A DNA stretch of 63,929 nt, filler included, from Octopus bimaculoides (taxonomy: Eukaryota): NCBI RefSeq assembly GCF_001194135.2. It is 3 parts of 3 records of this genome, joined end to end, with 100 filler letters (N's around TTAATTAATTAA, not from the genome) between each part and the next. Parts side by side here need not be neighbours in the genome. Positions count along the whole stretch, not along the records: positions 21,419 to 47,522 come from NC_068981.1; 2 more parts are not named here. One strand, given 5' to 3'. The translations under genes were made by a program, and so were the position numbers. Positions 26,191 to 37,411 of this stretch are shown here, in pieces (position 1 is the first letter of the stretch; each line of letters begins with the position of its first letter). The notes beneath the pieces were generated by a model. The model ran no database searches and was not told the DNA's origin. It saw nothing but the letters and a program-made list of their open reading frames with translations.

Positions 26191-26642
26191 TGTAGTGGCG
26201 TCTAATACCACTCGCCATTTTGGAGAGTTTAATCCACGCATGCGCAGGGACTAGTTTTCCGGGAGGAATGCAGGAAGTCCCTCATGCGCATGCGTGGTCA
26301 TCCAATAGCCAAGCGTTCCCGCGTTTCTCTACCTCTCTTGCTCGCTGGACTTCGTGGAAGCTAGACGTCGCAATAGCAACTCTCCGTTAACTCTAGAATG
26401 GATCCACATAGATAACCAGAGAGGAGAAAAATGACTTCCAACCACGCGACTTCAAGACGACGTCTCACCTAACCCAAAGGTGACATGCTACCGAATCCCT
26501 TCCTAGTGTGAGCGGGTTTCTGCTGTAATAAAATATTTGTTGTGCTGTTTAGTTTAGAGACTGCGTTCCGTTTTTTTTTCCTTAAGAAATTTAATGTACG
26601 GAATTGGAATACAAAGGATGGTGTATATCCACTTCCCCTACA
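26191..26642 (+). mobile_element. Solo LTR (452 bp) with TG...CA termini and 4-bp TSD
   Basis: Starts TGTAG (26191) and ends CTACA (26642). GTAG flanks both sides (26187-26190, 26643-26646). Internal GCGCATGCG-type motifs (26237-26246, 26285-26294), CCAAT (26302-26306) and AATAAA (26527-26532). Confidence 0.85.
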
Positions 26643-27006
26643 GTAGCGTTTCGAATATTTTTTATAACTTAATCAGCAACAGTGGTGATGGGGGATATAT
26701 AATATTTGCAGATCTGCTCACGTTTGTGAAATGATGTCGTTGATATTCAAAATATCTGTTGGTCAATGGTCGGGAATTAATCTGCAGAAGATAACACCAG
26801 GAACATTTGACTGCGACGGCATCAACCACAACCCTCAGCTTTGCCAGTTAGAACAAAATCACAACAGCAATTACCACCAATATCACCTGCAACAAATGTA
26901 AAAGAGAGCAGCAGCAGCTGCGATGGAAAATAAGACGATCGTTTTCCTGAATCACAAGGTCTCGAACTCAATACACAATATAATGCAAAGTGTCCCCCGA
27001 AACACA

Positions 27007-27079
<73 letters not shown>

Positions 27080-27082
27080 ACC

Positions 27083-27260
27083 TAGGAATACCTTAGGAAT
27101 GAGAACCCAGGCTCGAAATTTCCCCAAGACACCTGATGAAGGCTGGAGGGTATATCAGCCGAAACGTTGTGTTAACAACAAACAAGATGAGGACAAATAT
27201 CCGTCAAATGAAAATAATGTAAATAATGTACATAATTCCTCATCTCTTAAATAAAGAACT
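27083..27260 (+). mobile_element. Short dispersed repeat carrying a hammerhead motif (family D)
   Basis: Near-identical reverse-complement copy at about 56553-56690. Confidence 0.85.
27128..27173 (+). ncRNA. Minimal type I hammerhead ribozyme motif
   Basis: Stem I GACAC/GTGTT; CTGATGA 27133-27139; extra A; stem II GGCTG/CAGCC with a 10-nt loop; GAAA 27161-27164; palindromic ACGT; GUU triplet. Confidence 0.75.
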
Positions 27261-27394
27261 GTATGTATGTTTGTATGTATATATATGTATATATATGTGT
27301 ATATGTGAATCTATATGCGTGTGTATGTGTGTGCGTGATTGGTTCTGATTCTTAGTGAAAAAAAGAGTGTTAAGCTGTACAAAATAGTGTATAA

Positions 27395-28990
27395 TATAGT
27401 TTATTATTTCTATCATTCCAATATAGCGCATTATGCTGGATGCCTCGTTCGGCCCTCCAGATATGACCTCTGTCTCATAGACAATAGCTTCTAGGTTGCG
27501 GAGACAATTGAACGGACAAGGGGTTGTGTCTCTACAAGAACAACTGGCTTCACTACTGGGTGTGAGGTTGCTTGAAAGGATACTCTCCATGTTGGGTGAG
27601 CAACTGAAAGAGAATAAAATGTGTCTATCACAAATCTTTCTATACACGTGTAGCAGGAAAATGTTTATCTACTAACTTAAGAAAGGCCTTATATACATTA
27701 GACTTCACATTAGGAAAGTTGGTGTGAACTCGATAACTTTGCAGCGTCGTTGTCTTTTTGGTAAGATGTCATCGAGTGTTTAAGTGATTTTCTCCTTGGA
27801 CTTTATCACTAGGGCATTGTAGTGACATGGGATCGCCTTATCAAAGATTTCCTTTCTAGAAGGAAGATCCAAGAGCCTTCCGCTACTCCTTTAACTAGGT
27901 TCTTGAACACTGATCCCAGGTTAATGTAGGTAAATATCTCATTGGGCTGGTGGTAAGGTTTGTAGAAGTTAGTGCTAAGGAAGTTAACTATGGTTAGTCT
28001 ACTGAAAATTTGGATAATGTTTTTTCTTAGTTTATGTAGGGTGTATCCATTGGCATCACTAGACACAGCCAATTGCCCCATCCCTGTGCAAACCGAATAT
28101 AGTAGATGAGAATTTCTTACGCAGTGTGTCCAGTAAGTAAAACCCTTTGAGGTCGTACATACTGACTGGCAATGTCAAACGACTTCATTCCCACGTTAAA
28201 GAAACCATTAGAGTCGGATCGTTTAGCTCAGGTTAAATCATTTTCAAAGAATAGGATTTTCCTGTTCTTTATAAAAAACGTTTATGTGTCTGTCTGGCAT
28301 TTCAGTGAAATTTCTTGAGAAATTTAGTGTCTGGGTTAATAACTCTTTGAAGATCGATGGATAAAATTCCACCATATAAAACTGAACAGATCTATCTTCG
28401 TGCTTGTCGTTGACACTGTTGAACCATAAAATGACTTTATTAGTACCACGACACGGAAAAGTTAGAAGCTTTTCTAATACTATTATTAATTTTCCTAAGT
28501 AATACCCACTAACTAAACCAATCTCCGACCTAGTGTTGTTTATCGGATTATATGTACGGTTAGATGCGAAGTAAACTTTGTGGTCCTTAATAGTGATAAA
28601 AGCTTTGCAATTAACTAGTATCTCGGCTGTTTCTGTCTAACTTTACAGCTAAATCTTCGGTTTCACCGTTTATATTATCATAAGTCTGCATGTCTGCCCT
28701 CATATATTTTTCTGTGAGGTGTTATTTCTTAACTGCTCATACAAACTATTGCCTACCTCTTATAAATTCTGTATCTTGTCAGAGAACGGTAAGGCTTTAT
28801 TTCAATGTTCTAAATTGCTTCTTTATTTTTTAATTCTAATCTTATTCTAAAAGAGTTACAGGACTTACGGAATCTTAGATCCGGTATCAGGTCTAGGGAA
28901 TCCAATTCAAAAATTCAAAGCTATCCAGGTCCTTGATTCTAAGCAGTAACTTTCGGGAGTTAAAACAGAGGTGTTCTGCGGACTTGTAGA
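27395..28990 (-). mobile_element. Penelope-like element remnant 1 (RT and GIY-YIG, decayed)
   Basis: Minus strand: AFITIKDHK...SEIGLVS, DMVEFYPSI, FGLHRDG (YRDD-like), YKPYHQPN, FSFSCSPNMESI, EASCSCRD, IVY (27477-27485), 17 aa, YIG (27417-27425). Confidence 0.85.
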
Positions 28991-29315
28991 AAAATGTCTC
29001 CCTTCATATCTATCTCGCGAGGCTTATTATTTTCCCTAACAATCTTTCTGTCAATTGTTGGTTGGATTATATTGTTACGTACTTGGTCGATTAATCCAAG
29101 TCATAAAAATCCATAGTTGATATGAATTTTACAATAATTTTTACAGTGATGAGCGCTCTACTTTGTATTGAGTATCTGTATAATACAAGCAGGGGAAGAT
29201 GTCTCTCTTTATGCATTATATGCAGTGAGGATGTATGTAACTCTACACCCATTTATCCATTAAATATTTCAGTCATCCTTTCATTTATTCCTTCCTTCTT
29301 ACATCCCTCTCTCCC

Positions 29316-29382
<67 letters not shown>

Positions 29383-29999
29383 ACTTCCTCTCTTCTCTTC
29401 TGTTTCTTTCTCTCCTTTCCATCGCTATACACCTACACGTATATATTTTTTAAAATCCCTGTGCCCTTTCTGTTTTCCAAATTTGATTTCCTGACGAGGG
29501 AAATAATCCTCCGATTCTCGACCATTAGTTACAATTCCAATGATATAAATAAGGACAATTTTTTCTTTTAAAAAAAATATGCTTTTATTTTCCCGAAAGG
29601 TTTTCGCGCAGGATTTTCGTAGCAGTCAGTTTTTGCTGCGTTGAACACAAACCCATAACGTGCATCTCTGATGAGCATCGTGTGTTAGTATGATCATCAT
29701 TAAACTATATGTGCGTGCGTGTGTATGTGCGTGCATGCGTGTGTGTGTTTCAGAGTTGATTTGGCTCCATATCCTCTCCATAATCTGATGCATGTAATGT
29801 CTGAAGGGGCCTCATTTCTTCTTGCGTAGGTTTTGGGGCATCGCTTTGGCATTTGTACAATAATTTGGCGTACATATCACCTCGTGTACTAACATTTCTA
29901 AATCCCAACTTCCGAAACATTGTCTTTAAAAAAGAAGCTTTATCTTTTCGAAGTCTCCCTTCTCTAGTCCTCAAAATTCATCTGGTGTTTTTATTGCTC

Positions 30000-30760
30000 C
30001 CCGTTGAGCTATAGAAAATCTCTTTAATCAAAACCCACTATTCCAAAGCACCCTAGGTTGTTTATCTAAAACTGTACTGCTGCAATACGAGCAAAAAATC
30101 CTTCTTGCAATTCTTAGATTAACTAACCTGCCAGTGACAACTAGTTGTCCTTTACTTACCAATATAATGCTATCAAAATAACTATTAGAAGGGTTCTCCA
30201 ATCTCCTAGATTACAAGAGTACTTCTAATCCCTTGTCAAGAGGGTTTCTACAAACTTCGCAGAACAAGTCGCTTCGGTCAGCACCTTACTCATTAAAAGA
30301 ACCTTCATATTTGCGGTTCGCTCCGCCTCCTGCTTCATAAAACTTTTCTCAAACTCTCCTCTTTCATGTCTCCAATCTCACTACCAGCTACATGCAAACG
30401 CCATAAGCGTAAACTCTTCGATCACTCCCGTTCAAAATGGTAACTGTTTCCAACGTCATCTTTTCCAACAATCATGACCAGTGAGCTCTATAGGTAATAC
30501 CCATCCTTACAAGACACTGTAATCTTTCTTTTTCTCATCTAATCTTTGCATTCTTTGGAAGCAAATAAGTGCCAACTTACAACAAGGCAAAGTCTCCGAC
30601 TTTTTAAAACTAGCCATCACTTACACTCCCTTCCAACATCGCAAAGGTAATGGAAACAGTTGCCAGTAATCACAGTCTTCATCTTGTAAAGTCTCTCCGT
30701 ACCTAGTGATCACCTGCATGGCTTCCGCTGCACAAGATCTATTGGAGACTTACACTCTAT
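30000..30760 (-). mobile_element. Possible decayed non-LTR retrotransposon remnant
   Basis: GC-richer, coding-like composition with a weak LGTERLYKMK/C-H-C segment resembling the L1/Tx1 zinc-finger region. Not firmly assignable. Confidence 0.25.
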
Positions 30761-33106
30761 TACCACTTCCCTTGAAGAACCTTGGCGAAGCAATGCTGTT
30801 GCCTTCAATCATGTCTGGCATGAAAATCTCCCAGGTCAGTTACCCGTCTATTATTTACATCTATCTCTCACTGGATCGAGATTTTCCTATCAGATTACAG
30901 CAGTGCAGTGTACCGATAGAACTCTCTCTGATTAAAATTATATTAGTTCATAAGGATTTATGCACTCTATATATTAACGACCTTTTTGTTGTCAATTCTA
31001 ATGGCATACATTCTAATGCTGGCGTTGCTATGCTTCCGTCCTCTTTTACCTTTACACTTGTGCGTGTATGACGCCTATACACAGACATCATGCTCATGTA
31101 GCCTAAATACTTCATGTCACACTACATTTACTCTGTGAACAGAGACCGTGTGAGAATCTTTTCAACAGTATACAGACTCAGTAACTTAACATATCAAGGA
31201 AAAGTCTCCAATCATAAATAACGCAATTAAAATCCTCGAAATCCCTTCAAATGCTTGGTATCACAATTACTGAGGATCGCCAATGGCACCCTCACGCACA
31301 CAACCTGAACAAGATTGCATCATAATGAGTAGAGTTCTTCGTTAAAGCCATGAAATACTTCATAACCGATCACATACTACATACACTTATATCTTTGACA
31401 GAGGCCAACAGGAGACCAATCAATTGATTGACAAAGATTCAGTTACCAACAGGCTTTAACCTTTAGTTCATAATAAGTGCTGTTTCCTCGATGTACTTAG
31501 CGTTCCTTTATGTTTATTTCGTTCTGAATGGCGCGCCAACGGAAAATTATCTCGAATTTTTTTAGCAAATCTCATGTGGCCCACCTCTCGGAAAGGGGTT
31601 GTCTACGCTTACTCTAGTGTTGTGCCTTTCAGGAGACAACATAGTCACGCTGTTAATGTCTTAAAAAGTTTATATAATGTCAATTTAAACCTTATAATAG
31701 ATCTCTATACCCTTCGCACTTATAATATATTTCTAATACTCGTCAACACTTATTTTAACGAATCTAGAAGAGTGAACGACAAAGTCGAATTTATCAATTG
31801 TTTTCTTTCTTTTGTTATTGTTTTGTTTTCGTACTTTATGTGCCACATTTACCTGCACCTAAAATAAGGCAGGTGCCAATTGTTAAGTTCTCGAAGCCTG
31901 TACAAACAATAATAGCTGTTTCTACTATTAGACGGTTCACTTATGTCATTTCGTTATGTACTTTACCAGAAATAAGTTGATACACAATTTGACATCATGT
32001 ATTATACCTGTCATGACAAAACAAAACAGTTATTTTTTTATATTTTTACTTGGGGCTAATTTCTAGATAAATGAATTCTTAATTGGCACTTTTTCAAGCA
32101 ATTTATAAGTTGTGTTAGGTTTAGCGTATTATATATATNNNNNNNNNNNNNNNNNNNNNNNNNNNNNNNNNNNNNNNNNNNNNNNNNNNNNNNNNNNNNN
32201 NNNNNNNNNNNNNNNNNNNNNNNNNNNNNNNNNNNNNNNNNNNNNNNNNNNNNNNNNNNNNNNNNNNNNNNNNNNNNNNNNNNNNNNNNNNNNNNNATAT
32301 GTATATATATCTGATAACTGACAAAGCAGTTAGTGAAGAAAATGTAGTGTATAAACACGGCGTGCATATGTATTTCTCTTCAAGCATACATACATACATA
32401 CATACATACATACATACATACATACATACATGCAAAGCGTACATACAACGTAAGTACATACATACACTTATACATGCAGACACACACGCACATTTCATGT
32501 CGATGGACGAACATACATAGCTGCACCTGTATTCTTGTATGAGGTAAAAGAGAGTGAAAGAAAGTGAGAGGAGGAAAAGGAGAAGGAAAAGGGACAGGGG
32601 GAGGGGAGGGGAGGGAGAGGGAGAGGGGGAGAGAGATAGGGAAGGGAGAAAAAGAGAGAGAGATAGAAACAAAATAAAGTGAGTTGTTGATTCAAGAAAC
32701 AAATGTATTAAGTTGCTTGATTCATGAAATAAAGTAAAGAAAACACACAAGACGGGTAGATTTATTTTACTAATATTAAACAGCAGGAAAAAAAAGGGGT
32801 GGGGGTAAATGCATGAAAAAATGTTCCTGAAAACTAATTTGAAACGAAGCCAAGATGTTGTGTAGATTGTTCCTGTGAAGTAGTGGATTTTATTTATTTT
32901 TTTCCCTTTTTTAATCATTTAGGTAACATAAGATAATCAGTTTAACATGATTGGCGAAAGATAGAGTTGGTGATAAAAATAAATATAAAACATGACACAT
33001 CCAGAATTTGTGTGTTTATTATAAAAGTTTAGTTTTGGAAGTGCAATTGCTAAACGAAATACACACAGACAATTTTCCCATGTTTTATATTCTGCAGTGA
33101 AGCTAT

Positions 33107-33189
33107 CTATGGCTTGTTCTATGGTTCGTTCTATGGCTCGTTCTATGGCTTGTTCTATGGCTTGTTCTATGGCTTGTTTTTGACTTGTT
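33107..33189. repeat. 12-bp minisatellite (CTATGGCTTGTT) x6-7
   Basis: Seen directly. Confidence 0.9.
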
Positions 33190-33577
33190 CACTGTAGCAT
33201 TTAGGATTATTGACAGCAATTACATTGATTGAATTAACATTGGTATTTCTTCCTTTTTTTCTTCTTCATACAGTGAAAACAATTTCATAACAGATAATGT
33301 TCATGGAAATGGTTGTTGTTGTTGTTGTTGTTGTTTAACCCAATATCAACCATGATTGTAAAAAGAAATGAATTAACATCAGCAAATTCCGAGAACAATG
33401 TAATCTAACATAAAAAACTAAGATTTCGATTTTCGGTTACGATTCCAGTGTGCATCTCTTACACTGCTATAAAACACCCAGAGCAGCGTTGTAATTATTG
33501 AAGCTGGATCCACCAAGTTCATAGAAGCAAAGCACGTCTATTAACAACTCAAGCAAATCGAATAGGAGAAAAAGAGA

Positions 33578-33626
<49 letters not shown>

Positions 33627-34559
33627 NNNNNNNNNNNNNNNNNNNNNNNNNNNNNNNNNNNNNNNNNNNNNNNNNNNNNNNNNNNNNNNNNNNNNNNNNN
33701 NNNNNNNNNNNNNNNNNNNNNNNNNNNNNNNNNNNNNNNNNNNNNNNNNNNNNNNNNNNNNNNNNNNNNNNNNNNNNNNNNNNNNNNNNNNNNNNNNNNN
33801 NNNNNNNNNNNNNNNNNNNNNNNNNNNNNNNNNNNNNNNNNNNNNNNNNNNNNNNNNNNNNNNNNNNNNNNNNNNNNNNNNNNNNNNNNNNNNNNNNNNN
33901 NNNNNNNNNNNNNNNNNNNNNNNNNNNNNNNNNNNNNNNNNNNNNNNNNNNNNNNNNNNNNNNNNNNNNNNNNNNNNNNNNNNNNNNNNNNNNNNNNNNN
34001 NNNNNNNNNNNNNNNNNNNNNNNNNNNNNNNNNNNNNNNNNNNNNNNNNNNNNNNNNNNNNNNNNNNNNNNNNNNNNNNNNNNNNNNNNNNNNNNNNNNN
34101 NNNNNNNNNNNNNNNNNNNNNNNNNNNNNNNNNNNNNNNNNNNNNNNNNNNNNNNNNNNNNNNNNNNNNNNNNNNNNNNNNNNNNNNNNNNNNNNNNNNN
34201 NNNNNNNNNNNNNNNNNNNNNNNNNNNNNNNNNNNNNNNNNNNNNNNNNNNNNNNNNNNNNNNNNNNNNNNNNNNNNNNNNNNNNNNNNNNNNNNNNNNN
34301 NNNNNNNNNNNNNNNNNNNNNNNNNNNNNNNNNNNNNNNNNNNNNNNNNNNNNNNNNNNNNNNNNNNNNNNNNNNNNNNNNNNNNNNNNNNNNNNNNNNN
34401 NNNNNNNNNNNNNNTATGTATGTATGTATGTATGTATGTATGTATGTATGTATGTATGTATGTATGTATATGTATACACACACACACATACACACACAGA
34501 TATATATATATATCGTTTGTGGAAAACATAAATCCGGAGAAGAAACGCACTCTAAGATG

Positions 34560-36010
34560 TAGAGCAGTATATATTAAAAATGGGGATGGCCTGTTCACCT
34601 TAGGTTTCCCGTCCATAAAAGGTTTAGCTTTATGGCATATCGTCAGACCTCAAAACTTGTTGGCCTATGATCTCTTCAAAATATGGAGGGGAAAAGCCTC
34701 GCTACTCAAAGCGAACAAATGGGGATTATGTCCCTTTGCTATTGGCTATCGAATTCCGGCTGTGCCGCTACCTTGTGGGCTCCATATAAGGCTAGCAGGA
34801 ACCTCCTAAAATGTAACCATGGCCCGAAGATCTCTGTTCTGGAGTTGAGGATGTTCCCTGGTTCGAGCGAGTCTTTTAGGATCCTCGCGCGCTCAGCTAT
34901 GCATAACTTGCAACGCTTCGTCCCGCTGATGTAGGGGCCTGGGGTCTCGAGGATCTTCCATGAGATCGAGTATGAGATCCCATCGTCTCTTAGTTGCCAG
35001 ACGTGGCTGGCCAGCGATGTTACGTATCTCCTTTCCAGGACTCTGAAGGAGAACCTGTGGCTGGAGCCACGCTGCCTGAACGAGTTCCCGGAACTCCCAA
35101 TGTTTCTCCGTGGGCGTGTGTTGTAGGTGCTGCACCAGTTGTTGTTGTTGTTGTTGCTGTTGTCACCGACATTATTGTTGTTGGAACTGGGACTGCTGGT
35201 GTTGGCGTCGCTAGAGGTGGTGGTGTCGGCAATGTTATCGTTCTGCCTGTTACGATGAAGGTGCTATTGTTATTGTTGCGGTCCTCGTCAATGGTGGGGG
35301 AGTTGCCATTGCTGCTAGAGATATCATTAGCTGTGGTTCCGCTGGTGTTTCTGCTAAGGCCGCTGCTGCTGCTGTTGCTGTTGCTGTTGCTGATATTGCC
35401 GTTATAGCTGGTGGCACTGGACTTGTTGCTGCTGTTATAGTTGTTGTCAGGTCTGCTACTGCGGACGTTAGAGGCATTAGGAAGCTATTGGTAAGGCTGG
35501 TGTTGATGGCGATGTTGCTGTTGATGCCGTCGGGGGAAATGTCAATGTTGTCGCTGGTGTTGTTGTTGCTATTGCTGCTAATGTTGTCAACTGTGGGGAT
35601 GGTAGCGGTGTTGCTGGCTCTGTTCACGTGTCTACGGCTGCTGCTGCTGCTGCTGCCGTGGTATTGCCCGGGTTCGTTAGTACTTCGGCTTGGTAGATGA
35701 TCCCTTTGGTTTCGCAGTGGCCTCCTACCGGACATCTGTTACGGTCCCTGCATGAACAACTTGCCTCTTCCTGTGACTTAGGGGCGCTAACTAGGATGCT
35801 CTTAGTATTGGGAGTACAGCTAAACGAGTCTCTAATGTTGTGCCCGTTGAAAATTGACCCGTATCAATGGGGGCTAGTGAAATGCTTGTCTAATAATTTG
35901 AGGAATATTCAACCTACGGGCGTTATTGTGTTAAGGGAGAATGGGGTGCAAACTAAATGGTATTTCTGCGGCGCTTCCTTCTGCGGTTGTTGGGTTCTGC
36001 ACGCGCGAAC
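34560..36010 (-). mobile_element. Penelope-like element remnant 3 (RT-EN linker, split GIY-YIG, 3' UTR with hammerhead-like motif)
   Basis: Minus strand: PFSLNTITPVG/IFLKLLDKHF...FSCTPNTKSIL...EASCSCRDRNRCPVGGHCETKGIIY; 588-nt low-complexity insert; then NIGSSGNSFRQR...SLASHVWQLRDDG...ISWKILE...PYISGTKRCKLCIAER...ILNSRTEIFG...HFRRFLL, stop at 34739-34741. Confidence 0.9.
34590..34650 (-). ncRNA. Degenerate hammerhead motif in the PLE-3 3' UTR
   Basis: CTGACGA (34646-34640); stem II core CCATAAAG/TTTTATGG; GAAA (34608-34605); near-palindrome ACCTAAGGT. The triplet is GUG (non-permissive) and stem I is poor. Confidence 0.55.
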
Positions 36011-37300
36011 GCACACACACACACACNNNNNNNNNNNNNNNNNNNNNNNNNNNNNNNNNNNNNNNNNNNNNNNNNNNNNNNNNNNNNNNNNNNNNNNNNN
36101 NNNNNNNNNNNNNNNNNNNNNNNNNNNNNNNNNNNNNNNNNNNNNNNNNNNNNNNNNNNNNNNNNNNNNNNNNNNNNNNNNNNNNNNNNNNNNNNNNNNN
36201 NNNNNNNNNNNNNNNNNNNNNNNNNNNNNNNNNNNNNNNNNNNNNNNNNNNNNNNNNNNNNNNNNNNNNNNNNNNNNNNNNNNNNNNNNNNNNNNNNNNN
36301 NNNNNNNNNNNNNNNNNNNNNNNNNNNNNNNNNNNNNNNNNNNNNNNNNNNNNNNNNNNNNNNNNNNNNNNNNNNNNNNNNNNNNNNNNNNNNNNNNNNN
36401 NNNNNNNNNNNNNNNNNNNNNNNNNNNNNNNNNNNNNNNNNNNNNNNNNNNNNNNNNNNNNNNNNNNNNNNNNNNNNNNNNNNNNNNNNNNNNNNNNNNN
36501 NNNNNNNNNNNNNNNNNNNNNNNNNNNNNNNNNNNNNNNNNNNNNNNNNNNNNNNNNNNNNNNNNNNNNNNNNNNNNNNNNNNNNNNNNNNNNNNNNNNN
36601 NNNNNNNNNNNNNNNNNNNNNNNNNNNNNNNNNNNNNNNNNNNNNNNNNNNNNNNNNNNNNNNNNNNNNNNNNNNNNNNNNNNNNNNNNNNNNNNNNNNN
36701 NNNNNNNNNNNNNNNNNNNNNNNNNNNNNNNNNNNNNNNNNNNNNNNNNNNNNNNNNNNNNNNNNNNNNNNNNNNNNNNNNNNNNNNNNNNNNNNNNNNN
36801 NNNNNNNNNNNNNNNNNNNNNNNNNNNNNNNNNNNNNNNNNNNNNNNNNNNNNNNNNNNNNNNNNNNNNNNNNNNNNNNNNNNNNNNNNNNNNNNNNNNN
36901 NNNNNNNNNNNNNNNNNNNNNNNNNNNNNNNNNNNNNNNNNNNNNNNNNNNNNNNNNNNNNNNNNNNNNNNNNNNNNNNNNNNGGGGGGAGGGGGGAGGG
37001 ATTATCATACAAAAATAATAAATCTCAACAAAATATGCTGTCCCACATCCATATATGTATGATAAATCAAATTTTACAATTTTGTAAGTATATTCTGGTT
37101 ATTTTCAAATTCAGTTTTCTTTTGAATTTTTCATTGAATATAATGAAATTAAAAAAATGTTAGTCATCTGTTAATACGTTTTGAAATAAAACCAAATTCT
37201 GTTAATAGGAATAAATCAAACGGCATCAAGTATCACGTAAATGTCTGAGAGGAATTGTTCTTTATAAGTTTATAATTTCCTGATTTCATCCAGAAATTCA

Positions 37301-37348
37301 ACGCCTGATGACGATCAGAGATCAGAGTGATCGAAACACAGTGTAGGT
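37301..37348 (+). ncRNA. Hammerhead-like motif, antisense and just downstream of the kinase stop codon
   Basis: CTGATGA 37305-37311; extra C; stem II GATCA/TGATC; GAAA 37333-37336; then CACAGTGTA. Two imperfect registers: intact GUA with a weak stem I, or ACGC/GTGT stem I with a mutated U16.1. Confidence 0.55.
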
Positions 37349-37411
37349 ATAATATTGTAAATATGCACTTCAACAATTAATGTAATACTTCAGAAAATTG
37401 TAATTTTATCA

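Noticed and set aside
26191-26520. Apparent host-gene promoter and first exon (NRF1-like motifs, CCAAT, ATG at 26431)
   Set aside because: It is explained by a solo LTR with TG..CA ends, a TSD and two other copies in the window. The short ORFs stop early.
27083-27400. Both family D hammerhead repeats lie antisense and 3' of a PLE remnant (135 bp and about 1.6 kb away)
   Set aside because: Only two cases, with very different spacing and no sequence continuity with the PLEs. Likely coincidence in a repeat-dense region.
35250-35735. 161-aa mucin-like ORF (and the 137-aa antisense ORF 34994-35407) as a host gene
   Set aside because: It sits inside a PLE between the GIY and YIG motifs, so it is treated as part of the element.
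33467-37163. Very long ORFs (300-490 aa) spanning N runs
   Set aside because: They consist mostly of X residues from assembly gaps.
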